Shown here piece after piece: positions 48,840-61,971 of a stretch of 64,000 nt of DNA. The first letter of the stretch is position 1. Every line of letters begins with the position of its first letter. The stretch lies in contig OZ038378.1 in assembly GCA_964036045.1 (NCBI GenBank), forward strand, positions 184,574,001 to 184,638,000, in the 5' to 3' direction. The notes under the pieces are model-generated. The model worked only from the letters and a program-made list of their open reading frames with translations. It was not told the DNA's origin and made no database searches. The position numbers and the translations under genes are program-made. This stretch comes from Eutreptiella sp. 'Long Island Sound 2002' (Eukaryota > Protista > Euglenida).

Positions 48840-49432
48840 CTAACACCTGCCAAAACTTTTTGTGACACATGCCGACACCTGCCAAAACTTTTTGTGACAC
48901 CTGCCGACACCTGCCAGAAATTTTTGTGACACCTGCCGACACCTGCCAAGACTTGTTGTGACTTGTGTGGTGTGCATGTGTGCATGGGTCAGTGTCGTCT
49001 TCTCTTTGTCAGTGGTGATTTTTGGTTGCATTGTGTCACAGGCACTTTGAATCATGTTTCCCATTTTTCAGAGGGACTGTTGGGTGGATAACCAGCCCCT
49101 AGCAAGCAGTCCCTCCCAACCTAGAGAAGCTACAGAGCAGGTTACGGAGGCTCAAGAGGCAGCTCCCACGTCACAGGCAGCTCCCACGTCACAGGGGCAG
49201 TCTGTGTGCAGTCCGTAATCCATCAGTCCAAGATATATTTCTTTTCTTTTGCGGAACATGGCCTGGTTTTCCTCTACATGTAAGTCTCTGGATTGTGTCT
49301 GTGTGTGTGTTTCCATGTGCTTCTGCCAAACTGCCTGACACCTGCCGACACCTACCAGAAAAATTTGTGACACCTGCCGACGCCTGCCAAAATTTTTTGT
49401 GACACCTGCCGACACCTGCCTTGGCAGGTGTT
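48840..49432. repeat. Two clusters (48840-48960 and 49330-49432) of gtgacacctgccgacacctgcc repeats, plus an 18-bp doublet at about 49158-49193
   Basis: Direct reading. Confidence 0.85.
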
Positions 49433-49956
49433 GGTGCCAAGTATGTTCAGATGATGGCTGGTGCATCCACACTAAAGTTGGGATGTCAGCACCATTTGTT
49501 GCATGGCACGGCTTTTCGGCAACACGGGGTGCTTTCGCTTTCCCATTTCAGCTCATGACCCCGCACGTTTCGGATAGTCACGGCCGTCAAGGCTTTGTTA
49601 CACACACTGATTGACTGCTTGTCTGTTGGTGGAGCTAGGCCATCAATGGCGGTCCATAAATATCGAATGGGCCGTGAAGGCTGAGTTGCACATGCTGATT
49701 ATGTGTCAGTCAGTCAGTCAGTCAGATTCCCCGTACGCATGGGAACTCGTTTGCTGCAAGGCGGTGCATACCTGTCTTCCTCCACCGCCTTTGTGCAAAT
49801 GCAAACTGACAGACACACAACACACCCAGCAGTCTCGTGCACCTTTATTCACCAGTACCAGATTTGATCAATGGCTTATTTGAAATGAGAGGTGGGAACA
49901 GTTGTCAAAACGGTAAACAGGAGGTAACAGGAGGTAAACGGGTGGAATACACACAG

Positions 49957-50070
49957 GGTCAATTTCAACGGCATATTTTTGAGTCTCCACCAGCAGAGAT
50001 CCCTCCTTCTGCAAAACGATCTATCTACGCATCACTTGCCCTCAATAGCCTGCATGCTGAGACGTGCTTT
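49957..50070 (+). CDS. Candidate exon of an uncharacterised gene (module copy 2, first part)
   Basis: acacacAG|GGT; GQFQRHIFESPPAEIPPSAKRSIYASL...ETCF|GTAAAG. Confidence 0.4.
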
Positions 50071-50113
50071 GTAAAGCGCTGCAATTTGGAAGCTCTGCAT
50101 CCCTCTTCTGCAG

Positions 50114-50368
50114 GTTTTGACACGTCAAGATGCATATCACATCACTACCACATTCTTGAGATATTACACGTACCCCCATTGCTTTGCATTCGTGGAGGAG
50201 TTCAACAAAAACTCGAACCAGTTTGATTTTCATCGGTACCTGCGGCACATGAAGGAAGATGCCAAGCAGTGGTCTACTCAGAAAAGTTTGCATCACATCG
50301 ACATCTTGGATAAAACTTTCACATGGTCAGACCGGCCCGGCAAGATTGACACCCCTGGGACCGACTAA
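50114..50368 (+). CDS. Candidate terminal exon of an uncharacterised gene (module copy 2, second part)
   Basis: Strong acceptor ccctcttctgcAG|GTT; VLTRQDAYHITTTFLRYYTYPHC...GKIDTPGTD then stop. Confidence 0.45.
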   Translation, partial: VLTRQDAYHITTTFLRYYTYPHCFAFVEEFNKNSNQFDFHRYLRHMKEDAKQWSTQKSLHHIDILDKTFTWSDRPGKIDTPGTD

Positions 50369-51741
50369 ATTGATCATATGACGTCACATTTTGCCCACAT
50401 TTGCTTGACCTACGATGTTCCCAGTTCTGACCATTTCTCATGGTGGCAGATCCATGGATGTGTCACTGTGCAGATGCATTGACATGTGCAACTACCCTAC
50501 CCAAGTGCGGCGCTGTCAGCAGCGACAACTCCACCGGGTGGATGCCCTGGGCTGACCAATAGATACACCTTTTCATCGGGGGGACCTTGTAGGGCGCGTG
50601 GAGGGTCTCAACAGGCACAATCCCCCCTTTTCCTTCATTTTTTTGCTCTGTGTAAAGACCAATGCCTAATTGCTTGGTGCACTGGCAGGTGTGTTCCTGC
50701 TGCTCGACGAGAACGAGATCAAAATCAAGAGAGGGGAGGGAATGAAAGCCGGTAAAGCTGCAATTGGATCCACTCTACAGGTCAACACAAAAAGCATACT
50801 CTTGGGGTTCTGATAAACCCTGAGCTGCCTGTCCTCAATTTCTCCCTGTTCTGAGTTCCCCAAGGGCACTGAGGACAGACACTCAGAGATGCACATGGCA
50901 TCTGCTGCACGTCAGAGCAAGGGTTTTCTCACATCTAATTCGCACAGTTCTCGAGTCACCACAACCCAGCAGCGCTTTATTCAGCTGTGTATTTAGATTA
51001 TTGCACATGTAAATTACATTTTGCACCGAATCACAAAACTGTTGACAACACCCATTACAGCCCACATTTGCTGAATCACGTTCTGCATGGGTTCCTCCAT
51101 CTACTGGTATCTCATCATCATCATCATTATCTTCTTCCTCATCAGGGTACCCCGTTGTGCTATTCATGTATCCTCACCTGATAGTTCTGCTGGGTTTGAT
51201 TTTCTGCAAATTATGATCTTTTTTTTGCAAATGGGGTGGTGGCATAAGATAGCTGCACTGTGGATGCTTTTGAAGATGCAGTCTATCATTAGATCATGCA
51301 GTTGTGTTGAGCGGTGGCATATTCATGAGATATGGCCAGGCAGAGTTGGTTGCTCTGCGCCCCAGTTTTTGGTTTACATATTTTGGAGGTTGAATGCAGA
51401 TGTATCATCATTCTTTGCAGTGCATGTATCATCATTTTTTGCAGTGCATTCAATGAATTTTGCACCAGCACTCTTTGACCAGGTTGATGACAAAGACAAC
51501 AGTGAATGAATGACCAAAGTGATTGGATGGTGTTGTTGTTACAGTTCAGTGCTGGCCGTGGCTCGCAAACCCTGAATGCCGTTGTGCTACTGCATTTCTG
51601 TTTGCCTGGAATGTGGACCATCACTAACACTAAACCCATTGCTTTTTTCTTTGTTGCAACAAAAATTTTTCCAAAGCAAGAATAAGAATTTTTATCAAAA
51701 GTGGTTTTTATTGACTGGAAGCTGTTGCTTGTTTCGTTCGC

Positions 51742-51939
51742 GTCCCCCCCGCTTTTTTTTTCTGCACTCCCATGCACTTCATCGGAAATGAAAAGATTTG
51801 GTTAGCGCTGGGAGGTCCCACCTGGATAGCTGGGAACCGTGTCCCCCCCGCTTTTTTTTTCTGCACTCCCATGCATTTCATCGGAAATGAAAAGATTTGG
51901 TTAGCGCTGGGAGGTCCCACCTGGATAGCTGGGAACCGT
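51742..51939. repeat. Tandem duplication, period 99 bp
   Basis: gtcccccccgctttttttt...gctgggaaccgt starts at 51742 and at 51841. Confidence 0.95.
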
Positions 51940-52998
51940 GGTGCAAAAGATTTTGGGCATGTCTCCTTTTGCACTTTGTGGCCTATTTTCTTTTGGTTAC
52001 CGATGCAAATGTCAGTAGAAAATTTTGTTTATGAAAATGTATGTGGCCTTTTTTTTTTTTGGTCCAGTGTTTTTTTTGTTTCCTGTGTTTATGTTTTGAA
52101 ACAAGCTTTTTTGTAAAATGCCCCTGCATTGTTGGTTTCACAGTTGCATTTGGATTTTCTCCACATGTAGGTATGCAATGCATATTTCTGTTCATTTTGT
52201 TTTGTGTACATTGTTGGTCCACCCATTGCATTTGTGCCCGTTTTTCTATTCTGTTTGGTACATCTGTGCACAGTTTTCAAAGTGTCCATTCGCTTTCAAG
52301 GATGATGCACAGTTCTGCTACCCTAATGAGGAACAACGCAGCACCTGGTTCATATTAGGATAGATTTTAATGAGGAACATTTGCAGCATCTGGTCGATAT
52401 TACGGTACGGATTTATCCGGAGTTCCAATACAGCATTTTATAACCTTGGACCATGGGTACTTTGAGGGGTATGTATTTAAAGATCAATCAATCAACTTAT
52501 TACCGTAGGTTACTTTGGCTGGCAAGCCACTTGGTAAATTTTGGTTTATCAAGTGGGACCTATTTGGCGGTTTGGTCGCTGTGGACACAGGTGTTTTTCC
52601 CGTGAATTCTGATGGTAGAAGGGTCAGGGCGCAAATGTGGAAAAAAACAAAAGCCCAATGGTTAGAATCGGTTAGTCAAGGGTAATTTGACTAGATCTTG
52701 CACCATTTTTCATGTGAAAATTGATTTCTTTTTGAGAAAATATGGGATGAAAAACGTCGTAGTGTAACAGCGATAATGGGCAGGTCAACCTATTGAGGTC
52801 CTACACGCCGTGTGTACAGGGGTCAACGCAGGAACAGGACGTGGCGGAGCCCAGGCCTCACCTTTAGTGTAAACGGCGTGAGAGAAGGACCCGTGCCAGG
52901 GGCTCAGGTGTCTTCACTGTGGGCCCTCCCGTGCCCTTTGCCTGGGGTCTCCGATCCTCTCGCGGGCGCAGACACTCTCCCCTTCCTTTCATCCTTTG

Positions 52999-53200
52999 GC
53001 GGCATCACAACGGCCGATCTGGTGAAGCCCATAGCGAAAAAGTCGCGTGCTCCTGCCTGGTGATGGCATCGTCATACCAGTGCTCTACTTGCTGTGCCGG
53101 CCCTCGCAGCCCCCCGACTTCGCTAAGGGTTGCTTCGGGTGGAGAGGCTTGGCAACTCGGCTTGCACCAATTGCTTACCCGCGGGTGTGGGACAACGGTG
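52999..53200 (+). pseudogene. Possible non-LTR retrotransposon reverse transcriptase N-terminal fragment
   Basis: ITTADLVKPIAKKSRAP, then after a frameshift PGDGIVIPVLYLL...W...RLAPIA. This resembles the LINE RT start (it..el...k.kaPG.DGi ... rPIa). No YADD region follows. Confidence 0.4.
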
Positions 53201-56174
53201 TGCCGAGGGCTGGCTGCCCCCCCCCCCCCCTGCCCTCCTTTGCGGGGCTGCCCACTGAGTGCCTTCCTGCGCCTCCCCCTTGCTCCCCCGGAGTGGATGC
53301 TCCAATCGTAGTGGCGGCTGCGACACCGTTGTGGCCATTCTTCCCTCTTCCAGTGCCCGGCCATCGGCGGCAGCGGGGGAGGAGTCGGGGGCTAGGTGGG
53401 CTGTCGCGTCCTCCTGGAACGGGGGAAGAAACTCGGGAGAGGGAGTAGGGTGACCGCTGCTCGGCTCTTGCTCACAGAGCGGGGAGGCAGCTTGGGGGGG
53501 GGGGCTTTGCCCCCCCCCCCCCCGCTGCATCCTTTGCTGTCTTGTAGGGCTTCTGCTTGCACTAGGCCCCGTCCGCAGGGCCCCCCTCCGACGCTCGCTT
53601 TCTACCCCTGCCCGGCTCTGTTCAGTTGTCTCGCTCATGGGCCACCGGCGAAAGAACCGACAGCGCATTCTGGTCCCCCGGCTCACTCCGCCGCTGCAAC
53701 CGGCAATGCATGCCTCTGGCAGCGGAAACCCGCTTTGCCTACGGCAGCATCCACCGCACAACGGGTACCGTCCTCTCGGCGTGAGCTAGGCAAGGGACGG
53801 GGCTCCACAGAAAGGCTGTGCTCCATGCATGGGGCGCCGTCATGCGAGCGCTGCCGGGCAACGGGCCAGGGAGACACAGCGGCCACCCACGCCAACAGGA
53901 GCGCCAACAGGCCGGGTATTGTACGTCACGCGACTGGGTTGCTGGCCGCGCCGCCCCCGAGCTGGCGGACTGTTCTCCCGGCCGCGCCGGCGGGTAGCGC
54001 ATCCGTCGTTGCACCCGCTGGTTTGGCTGTAGGGGCGCCTTGCCCGCTGGTGCCGGGAGAAAGAATCCTGCTAAGGAATCAGCCATTGGCGCCGCATGTC
54101 GGGGTTTGCTCCGCCGCCGTTCCCATTGCGTAGCACACTGCGCCGCCAAGCCCTCAAGCATCCTCACCATCTCGCCGCGGGCGGCTAATGGAGATAATGG
54201 GCAAGCAATATGGTGCAATTTTTTGGCGCAGAATGAATCATGAAGCCATAAGCAAGCACAAAATGGAAACGTACATGTCGCCGTACAGGCCACCGTGCGC
54301 CCAACAGTGGTTGCATTGGAGAAGATAGGTGACAATAGTAGATAAGCTACAACTGCTTACAAAGAGATGCAAAACAAAGCAAATGTTGCGGATGGTCTAG
54401 CTGGTGACAAAAAGTGCGCAAACGGACATGCATAAAGCAAACAATGCAAGGCGACACTGGATCATTTCTCTGCAGAAGGTTTGGAGAATGGGACCCTACA
54501 GAAATAGAATGAAGATGTGGGACAGGCCAATGCTAGTTTTGAGAATCCACGGGCTTAATGCGGTAAACTTTAAACTGCCCTTTTTGCCTTAAGCGGAAAG
54601 ATGAACGTTTTGGTGATAGATTTTACATTTTAAGAGGCCGTCAAAATTCAATGGCCAAAAGATCGAAGTCGATATAAGTGGCCGATTTCCTGTCTTTTGA
54701 AGAAAGAACAAGTTTTAGAAGCTAAATTTGTCTTATCGCTATTGTGTTTTCAATGAATAAGGCCCAAAAATTAGAAAAACTTGTTTGACTTTGCAATGCA
54801 AAATCGCATTACCGGGAAGGGTTTTTGACTTTCGAATGTCGTACTTTTTGGTTGCAAATCACAAACGGCAATAGAAAGGTGGATAGCCCTTTTTTTTTTT
54901 TTGGGTGTGATGCACAGCACTTTTCATCTCTATTCGTTGAAACTCATGGGGTGTGCAATTGTGGTATGCACTATCTCACGAGCGACCAACAGTTCAAATT
55001 GCGGACCGCATTTTCAGTCATGTTTTTTTTGTTTTTTTTTTGGGAGGTTCCGGTATAAAGTGTTTTCAGAAAAATCGATTTCTTATTAAAGATACGAACA
55101 CAATACATGTTACAAACAATGCTCTTTACAAATGCAAAAAAAACAAAGAGACACATACGATACAATTTTGAAGCCATGTTTTCTAGCCATGCAAAATTGT
55201 CGCCAAAAGAAAACATATTTGTCACTCACTCTATCCGGGGCGTATCTTTTCTGAACATTGGGTTTCAAAGCGATCACGATGGGTGACTACGGCTCCGACG
55301 CGTTAATAAGAAACCACTTTGTAATAAATGAGGCACAATTTTGGACTTGAACATTAAAAAAGTCGTCGAATTTAGATTTTTTTTGTGTAGAACACACCGT
55401 GAGACTCGACCTTTTTTGCTGAAAAATAACAAACCGTTGAGCCGTTGGTAGACCGGAGGATGTCTTCCAGTGCTTATCACATTTCATTCTACAACACCCT
55501 AAGAAGCTGCACATACAAGGTCAATATAGCCTCTCATTTTTTTGGAGCCACACTGGATGCTTTGCACTCTGTGCATACTAGTGCAAATCCTATGTCCGAA
55601 CTTGAAAAATAATTTTGCTGCGATTTCGTGATTACATTGGTATTTCGGGTGTACCATGCTCTGCCAAAGCTAAAAAACATTCCAAGTGTTGTTGTCTAAA
55701 AGTGTAATAGCTGTGCACACAGCGCGCACAAATCGCACATCATTTGTTCCATAGGTCAGCTGAGATGCTGTCGCCTTAGTCCATTTGTAATTAAATCTAT
55801 TGCATTTCTATGTTTGCAAACCCAAATGTGAAAAAGCTTATTTTCGGAATGAACATTGGGTTCCATTTTACTTTGGCTTGTACCGCTCTGCATCGTTGTC
55901 GTCTCCTTCGGTATTGGGTTGAATGCAAAGATATAAAAGAGTAGGATCAAGTGAGGACAAGTAGAGTGGGACAAAGCCATAAACAACAAAAAGCATTTTG
56001 TACCGGCGGTTTGGCACAAAATAACCAAAGCAAACAAATAGATTGAAACACACCTAGGTCTCTGTCATAGAAAAAGAACATTTTGCAACAGCAATTTGTC
56101 ATAGATGCATTAAACAAAACCAACAGGGTGAAACACTTTTATTATTACGTAATTGAAAACGAAGGCAAATATCC

Positions 56175-57070
56175 ATTTTGTGTCCACAAAAAAGACAATC
56201 CGGTGAATACCAAAAAACCTCCAGCTTCATACCAAAAAGCCCCCCATTGCGACGCAAAATGTACCAAAAAACCCCCCGTGGGAGGGTTTTTAGTACATTT
56301 AGGGGGTTGTGTGGTTTTTTTTTGGTACATTTTCGGGAGTTTTTTGATATTCGGCCGGGTTTTTTTTGGTATGTTTTGGGGGGTTTATTGGTACATTTCG
56401 GGTTTTTTTTTTTTGGTACATTCTGGGGTCTTGTGGTACATTTTGGGAAGGGGTTTATGGTACATTTTGGGGAGTTTGTAATACAATTAAAAAGGTTTTG
56501 CGTGCAGATTTCAGGCATGGAGGTAGGAGAGGGAATGGAAGGTCATGGAAGTAAATGTGAGTGTTTTGCCTCACATTGCTCTTTGAATGCGCGTTGCAGG
56601 GGAGCGTGGTTTACAGGCAGCTGATACACGGGGTGAATTGCCGTCTGGGGTAGGGATGTTTGACAGGGCTAGGTGCAGGTTTATGGCTGTTGTTGGGGCA
56701 TGGGGTCTGGGATGGTGCTTGGGACATGTTTAGGGGGTGCACATGGACACAAGGTTGGGACGGGGTTTGGGATGGACAAGCTTCAGCAATGGGGTGCAGG
56801 AGGAGGGTGTGAGGGGGGATGGGGGTGTGGGTTTGTAACCAAGTGGACGCATGGCTGCCACACGGTTCCACAACAAGGTAGAAAGGGTGTTTTTGGTGAT
56901 GCATATAGGATTCGTGGGGGTCTATTCCGGCAAAATCAATAGGGATTTTTTTTGGGACAAACGGGTTTTTTTGGTACATTTGGGGGTTTTTTTGGTACAT
57001 TTTTTTTTGGTTTTTTTGGTATCTTCCGGGGGTTTTTTGGTACATCTTGGGGGTTTTTTTGGTAGGCACC
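56175..57070. repeat. Two clusters (about 56175-56480 and 56940-57070) of ttttggtacattt-type repeats; the first is partly palindromic
   Basis: aaatgtaccaaaaaacccc at about 56257-56277 faces gggtttttagtacattt at about 56286-56302; many ggtacattt copies follow. Confidence 0.8.
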
Positions 57071-59903
57071 AGGGCACAATCCCCCAGCATACTTTCTTAT
57101 TCATGGGTTTTTGCCCCCCTTGGGATTCGGCCTTGCTGCAGGCTTGGGTTCTTGATCTGGGTGCTTCTTAATACTCAGAACATACTGTACATTATTTGGA
57201 GCAATGCTCTGTGAGACGGAGCTGCTGAAGGCAACTGAATGAACAACATGGCTGCAATCACCTCAAGCAAATCGGAATATATTCAAATGACCCACCATGG
57301 TAAAACATGTGCCACTGCTAAGAAATACTTCACAACACTGCACAAGCTCACCAATGGCATACTGAAAGGCTTTGGAACTCCAATTGCTTAAATGGTTACA
57401 GCTGGAAGCCACTGCAAGAGAGACTTCCTCGATATTCAGTTTGCAATCACAAAAATCTAGTGCCCTTGGCACAATCACAAACGAACAGATAAAATTCTTG
57501 GCTGCTCACAGTTTAGAGCATGACTGACTGTGTGGTAGAGTGGAGTCAGCACATCATAGCTGAACTGGGCCGCAACACAGAAACCTGGTGCACCCATGCT
57601 CTGTGCCCCTCCCATAACCTCATTTTTGGTTGCCCACTCAAAACCTGGGTTTTCTCTGCTTAACCCAATCACCGGCTGGCAATTTGTAATTGGCACACAG
57701 GTCCCAGGTTCAAATGGTGCTGCACATAAATATAGTGCCCCTCACCCCTTGCCCCATGCGCGCACCCCTGACCCCATCTAAGCCCTCGCCAACTGCTTGG
57801 ATGCTTGATTTTCATGCTCACATCTACGCACAATCAAATCAATGGATCATGCATCCAGCATGCTTGAGGTCCTTTGAACTTTCACTTTGAACCATTGAGG
57901 ATCCCATAGCCCAACAACACTGTACGCCAGTAAATCAGAGAACAGCTGCCGTTGGGAGGGGTGCATGGGGATGGGGGATTCAAGGGCCAAATGCCCCCAA
58001 AAAGAGCTGCTACACATCAGCCGTCAGGCCGCCTCAACCTTGAAACCCCCTGTTGTGAGCGTTTCCTATACTTCACGTTGCTAAGGGGGGTTCCTGATTT
58101 TTGCGCACCGCTGCACACCCGGATAGACACCCTTCGGTCCCCTCTCCACAATTGGGTCCAATAGGGAGGATTTGCGGCTTTCTGGCCAGAACACCCCATT
58201 TGGAAGTTCCTTGCTCCAATGAGAGTGGCCCCGTAGTCCACCAAAACTTCTCCATCACTGAACCAGAATCATCCAAATTTGTCCAGAATTTGTTGAGAAG
58301 AGCAGAGAGGGGCAGGGGGCGTCTGGACAAAAAGACCCTCCTCCTTTGGTCCCCGACAGGAAGTCTGTGCATCTCAAATACAACGGTGTTTGGATCGAAT
58401 CCTACCATGTGGACGACAGTGTTGCCCTTTCAACTAGTACAAATCTGTCCATGGTGTGGCGTACAGGACATGTGCGTACAGGACACGTGACACACCAAAG
58501 ACCAGGCACCACAAGGCATGCAACACCGTAAGCGACAAGTTTCATGCTAGACCTTGGAAAACTTTCCGACTCAATCAGCCCCTTAAACAGGAGGGGGGGC
58601 CAGGCGGCCGGATCCAGGGGGGATGGGGCCTCCCTCCTCCTTCGGCATTCAGCAGTTTGAAGAAAGCCTGCCTGCACCACATCATTTTTGCGTGACATTG
58701 TGCTAAGCAACAACTGCAAAATGACATTGTACCTTCTTTTGGAGATTCATACCACATTTGTCTTGCTCTTGAAAAAACACATGGACCAGCATGCCAACCA
58801 TTGCATGGCACCATGCAAAGTGGGATAGTTCTTTCGGGTGGCTAACGAGCACATGACACCACAGTACCAATAACGGGGCAATACAATAAACCAGGAGAAC
58901 CAGAAAGCACACAAGCCCCCGGAATGCACTAGTAGAAGCCGGCCAAATAATTGGACCCTTTGCTGTGCTGAGCCCACAGAAACGGAGAAAAAATGTGATG
59001 ATCACAAGTGCAGTTCAAAAAACATCCATGAAACGTATGGGAACCCTCGACACATTTGGCATACATCTGAAACAAACAAATAAATAATGAGTGAACATGC
59101 ACACAAACCAAAGGTGACCTGTGAAATGTTGGTTGCATTTGGGAATCCCTGAATGTGGACAAAATGTTTGCGATTCTGTACATACCTTGAGTATTCTAGT
59201 GGCTCAGCAACTGAAAAAATGAGTATCAGATTTGCCCCTCGAAAACCAAAGCGCCTTCAAATGTGAAGCCTGGCAGAAATGAGTGTGCCCCTCGAAGTAC
59301 GCGCAAACTATCCCTTCACTTGGAACGATTTGAGGAATCATTGACCCTCACACACTGCCCAGCCTTTCGGTTTCAAGCACGCCACATCCACGAAACAGAA
59401 GGGTAGCTTTCTGCAGCTACCGTGCTGCGCCCCTGTTTGCTACCACCGCTCAGCGGGCCCTGTTGCCCTATTGCAGCATGCCCTTTTGCTGATGTAATGC
59501 AGCAGGCCTTTTGCCACACTGAAGCGGTCACGAACCCTCACCAGCCCCCAGGAGTACAGACGGGACATCGAAGAAGGGTCGAAGGAAGAAGGCGGAGATA
59601 AAGTCGCACGCAAAAGATCTTTACTCAAGGCACACACTCAGGGCTCTGGTTTCCGTTCGGTCAGTGTGTGTACACACCCTGGGCTGTGCCCTTTTGTACA
59701 TGGGTGGCTGTCCTTTGTTGAACCTCGCAGTGGTGCACTGATCTCGTTGTTGACGAGATGGGGATCAACTCGCCATGCATCAAAAATCGCACGCAAAGGT
59801 CGTGCGAACAGTGGGGTTCCATAAGTGGCCCATGGGAGAGTATCAAATTCGATAGGGACAAGTCGCGGGGCATATCCAGACGAGCCCCTCGGGGGGCAGC
59901 CAA

Positions 59904-60729
59904 CTACAAAAGCCCCTGCGGACCTTGCCCCATACCCATGGGTGGAGCCCCTTGGCCGCCCCTCAGTCCCATCATCTCCTGACTCGACCCCATCCCCAGC
60001 ATCCCCTGACTGGGCTCAACCCCCGTCATCCCATAGCTACTGCCCATCCCCATCATTCCTTGGTGACTACCCAAACCCACCATGCCTTGGCTGGCCCCCA
60101 CCCCTGTCATCCGTTGGGTCCCATCCATCAGCAGGGCTTGGCCGCCCCCCATCGCGAGCTGGTTTGATCCCATGTGTACCATGCCCTGGCCACTCCCCAC
60201 TGGTATCCCGTGAGCGCTGTCTATGCCCACCACCCCTTGAAATCCCACCATTCCCTGGGCCATGCCCGGGACTCCATACCCCTGCGACATATCCACATGT
60301 CCGCCAAGATACCCCATAGTTCCGGTATACTGTTGTATCTGAGCCATAGGAGTCGCTTCAAGTTGAACGGCAGGACTGGCACTCATGGCAAACGAGAGGA
60401 ACATGGATTTCGTGCCGGGAACGTTGAAATCCATGCCGTTCAAAGCCATCAGCGCGTGGACAGCTGCTTCCTTGGACACCATCACCACATTGGCCATGGA
60501 CGGCTTCTTGCGGAAGATCTCAGCGTGCTGTACCCCATATGGTGCAAACAACTCTTGCAACCTCTGAGACACACAAGCGATGAGGGGTCGGATGCAGATT
60601 CTTCCTCCAGTTTGGTTGTGAAAGGTCGCGCCTGGATGACGGCTCAGGCTCACACCTAAGCATCCCGTCAGGCATGCTTGGGTGACACGTCAGGTGCCGC
60701 CTCGGCAATGCGTCAGGCGAGCACAACAA
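59904..60729 (-). pseudogene. PTB/hnRNP-L-like RRM followed by a Gly/Met-rich repeat tail; frameshifted at the RRM start
   Basis: One frame gives NWRKNLHPTPHRLCVS, resembling KNI.PPS..LHVSN. A second frame gives LQELFAPYG...MANVVMVSKEAAVHALMALNG...LSFA followed by SQGMxGMG-type decapeptides. No introns are evident. Confidence 0.55.
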
Positions 60730-61971
60730 TGACGCATCTAGCTCACTTCTATGTCAGCCTCTATGCCTCTATGTTTGCGCACATGCTTGTCCTGTGTCTC
60801 ACTTGGGCAGAAATTGCGGCCCTAGGGATAATTGGCACGACCCCCCCCACCCCCCCATGGCCCTCCCATACCTCGCAGTCGGCCCAAATTGAAGCCCTTA
60901 CAAAGCGAGGATGCAGGCTGTGGGCTGGCGCCCCATTTGGGAGCCAGGCAGTGGCCATGGAGTCACGGCCCCCGCACGACCGCTCAAACTCGTTTGGGGT
61001 TGGGGGCAGGGGACACAGGGTCAAGGGTAGTGAGGTAGGAAGGTATGTCTGTCGCTCTCTTGTAGGCCGACGGACGATGTGAAGATCATACCCCCAGCGC
61101 TGGGGGAGGAGACTGTGGACACATGCCACACTGGGAGCCAGGACCTAGACGGTAACCTGGCAGGTGGTCCCTCCCTCCCTGAACCTGCAGGCTTGCGGGC
61201 CTCTGCTGGAGGATGCAGGGGGCGGGATCCTCCTGCGGATGCTGTACACTAGCTCAAAATCAGGGGGGGGGGCGGGCAGGGCTTGCTCCTTTTATGCAAA
61301 TGCAGTGGTGTGCAGGCCTCCGGATCCAGGAGCGGTGGTCCTGTTCCCTCTGCAGCTGTGGGCTTGCCCTCACTGGTGTGCGCAACGTGTCACATGTGTG
61401 GCGTAACGGGGTGGCTGGTACACTTGGGTCTTGCGCCTCTTCTGGTTCCTCTTCCCCCATTCCCAACAAGGACTGTTCGTCAAAATCCTGCTCCCCATCC
61501 TCTTCTTCCTCTACTCTACCTACCCAGGGGGGCTGGCAGAAAAAAAAAACCTGGCACCACCGTCCCTTTTTCTGGGGGGGGTACCCCCGGAGGGGGAGGG
61601 GGGTGCGTAAAACAAACTTGTGAAAATTTTTCCGGGCCCAAAAAAGTGAGATTTCTTGAAATCTATCCCACTCCTTCGAAATTGGAAGGTGCAAGTAAGA
61701 TACTTTTCAAGGTCTCCATTGATATTCTAGCCGATATGGGTGGTATTTCTGTTTAAGGGCCCCACTCAGGCTGAACCATGCCTTTTTTCACGATGTCGCT
61801 CTTTGTGGCTGCATAACCCCTACCCTCTCGGGGGCCCAAAAGTGGGCGGAATTGCTATGTAACCCCTACGTTCCCCCCAAAAGGGGACAAAATCAAAGCA
61901 CCACACAGCAAAAAAAAATGGGAAAATTTGGTTTGCCTTTGTGTCCCAATCTGTGTTGGAGTTCCTACACA

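Noticed and set aside
50883-51167. piggyBac-like C-terminal Cys-rich finger (TCSRCHVHL)
   Set aside because: It is a single short motif ending in a stop, with no transposase core and no TTAA-flanked TIRs found.
52413-52422. ttatccggag match to the foldback TIR motif (and gatttatccgta-type doublet at about 18841-18866)
   Set aside because: A 10-bp match is plausible by chance in 64 kb, and no other TIR sequence is adjacent.
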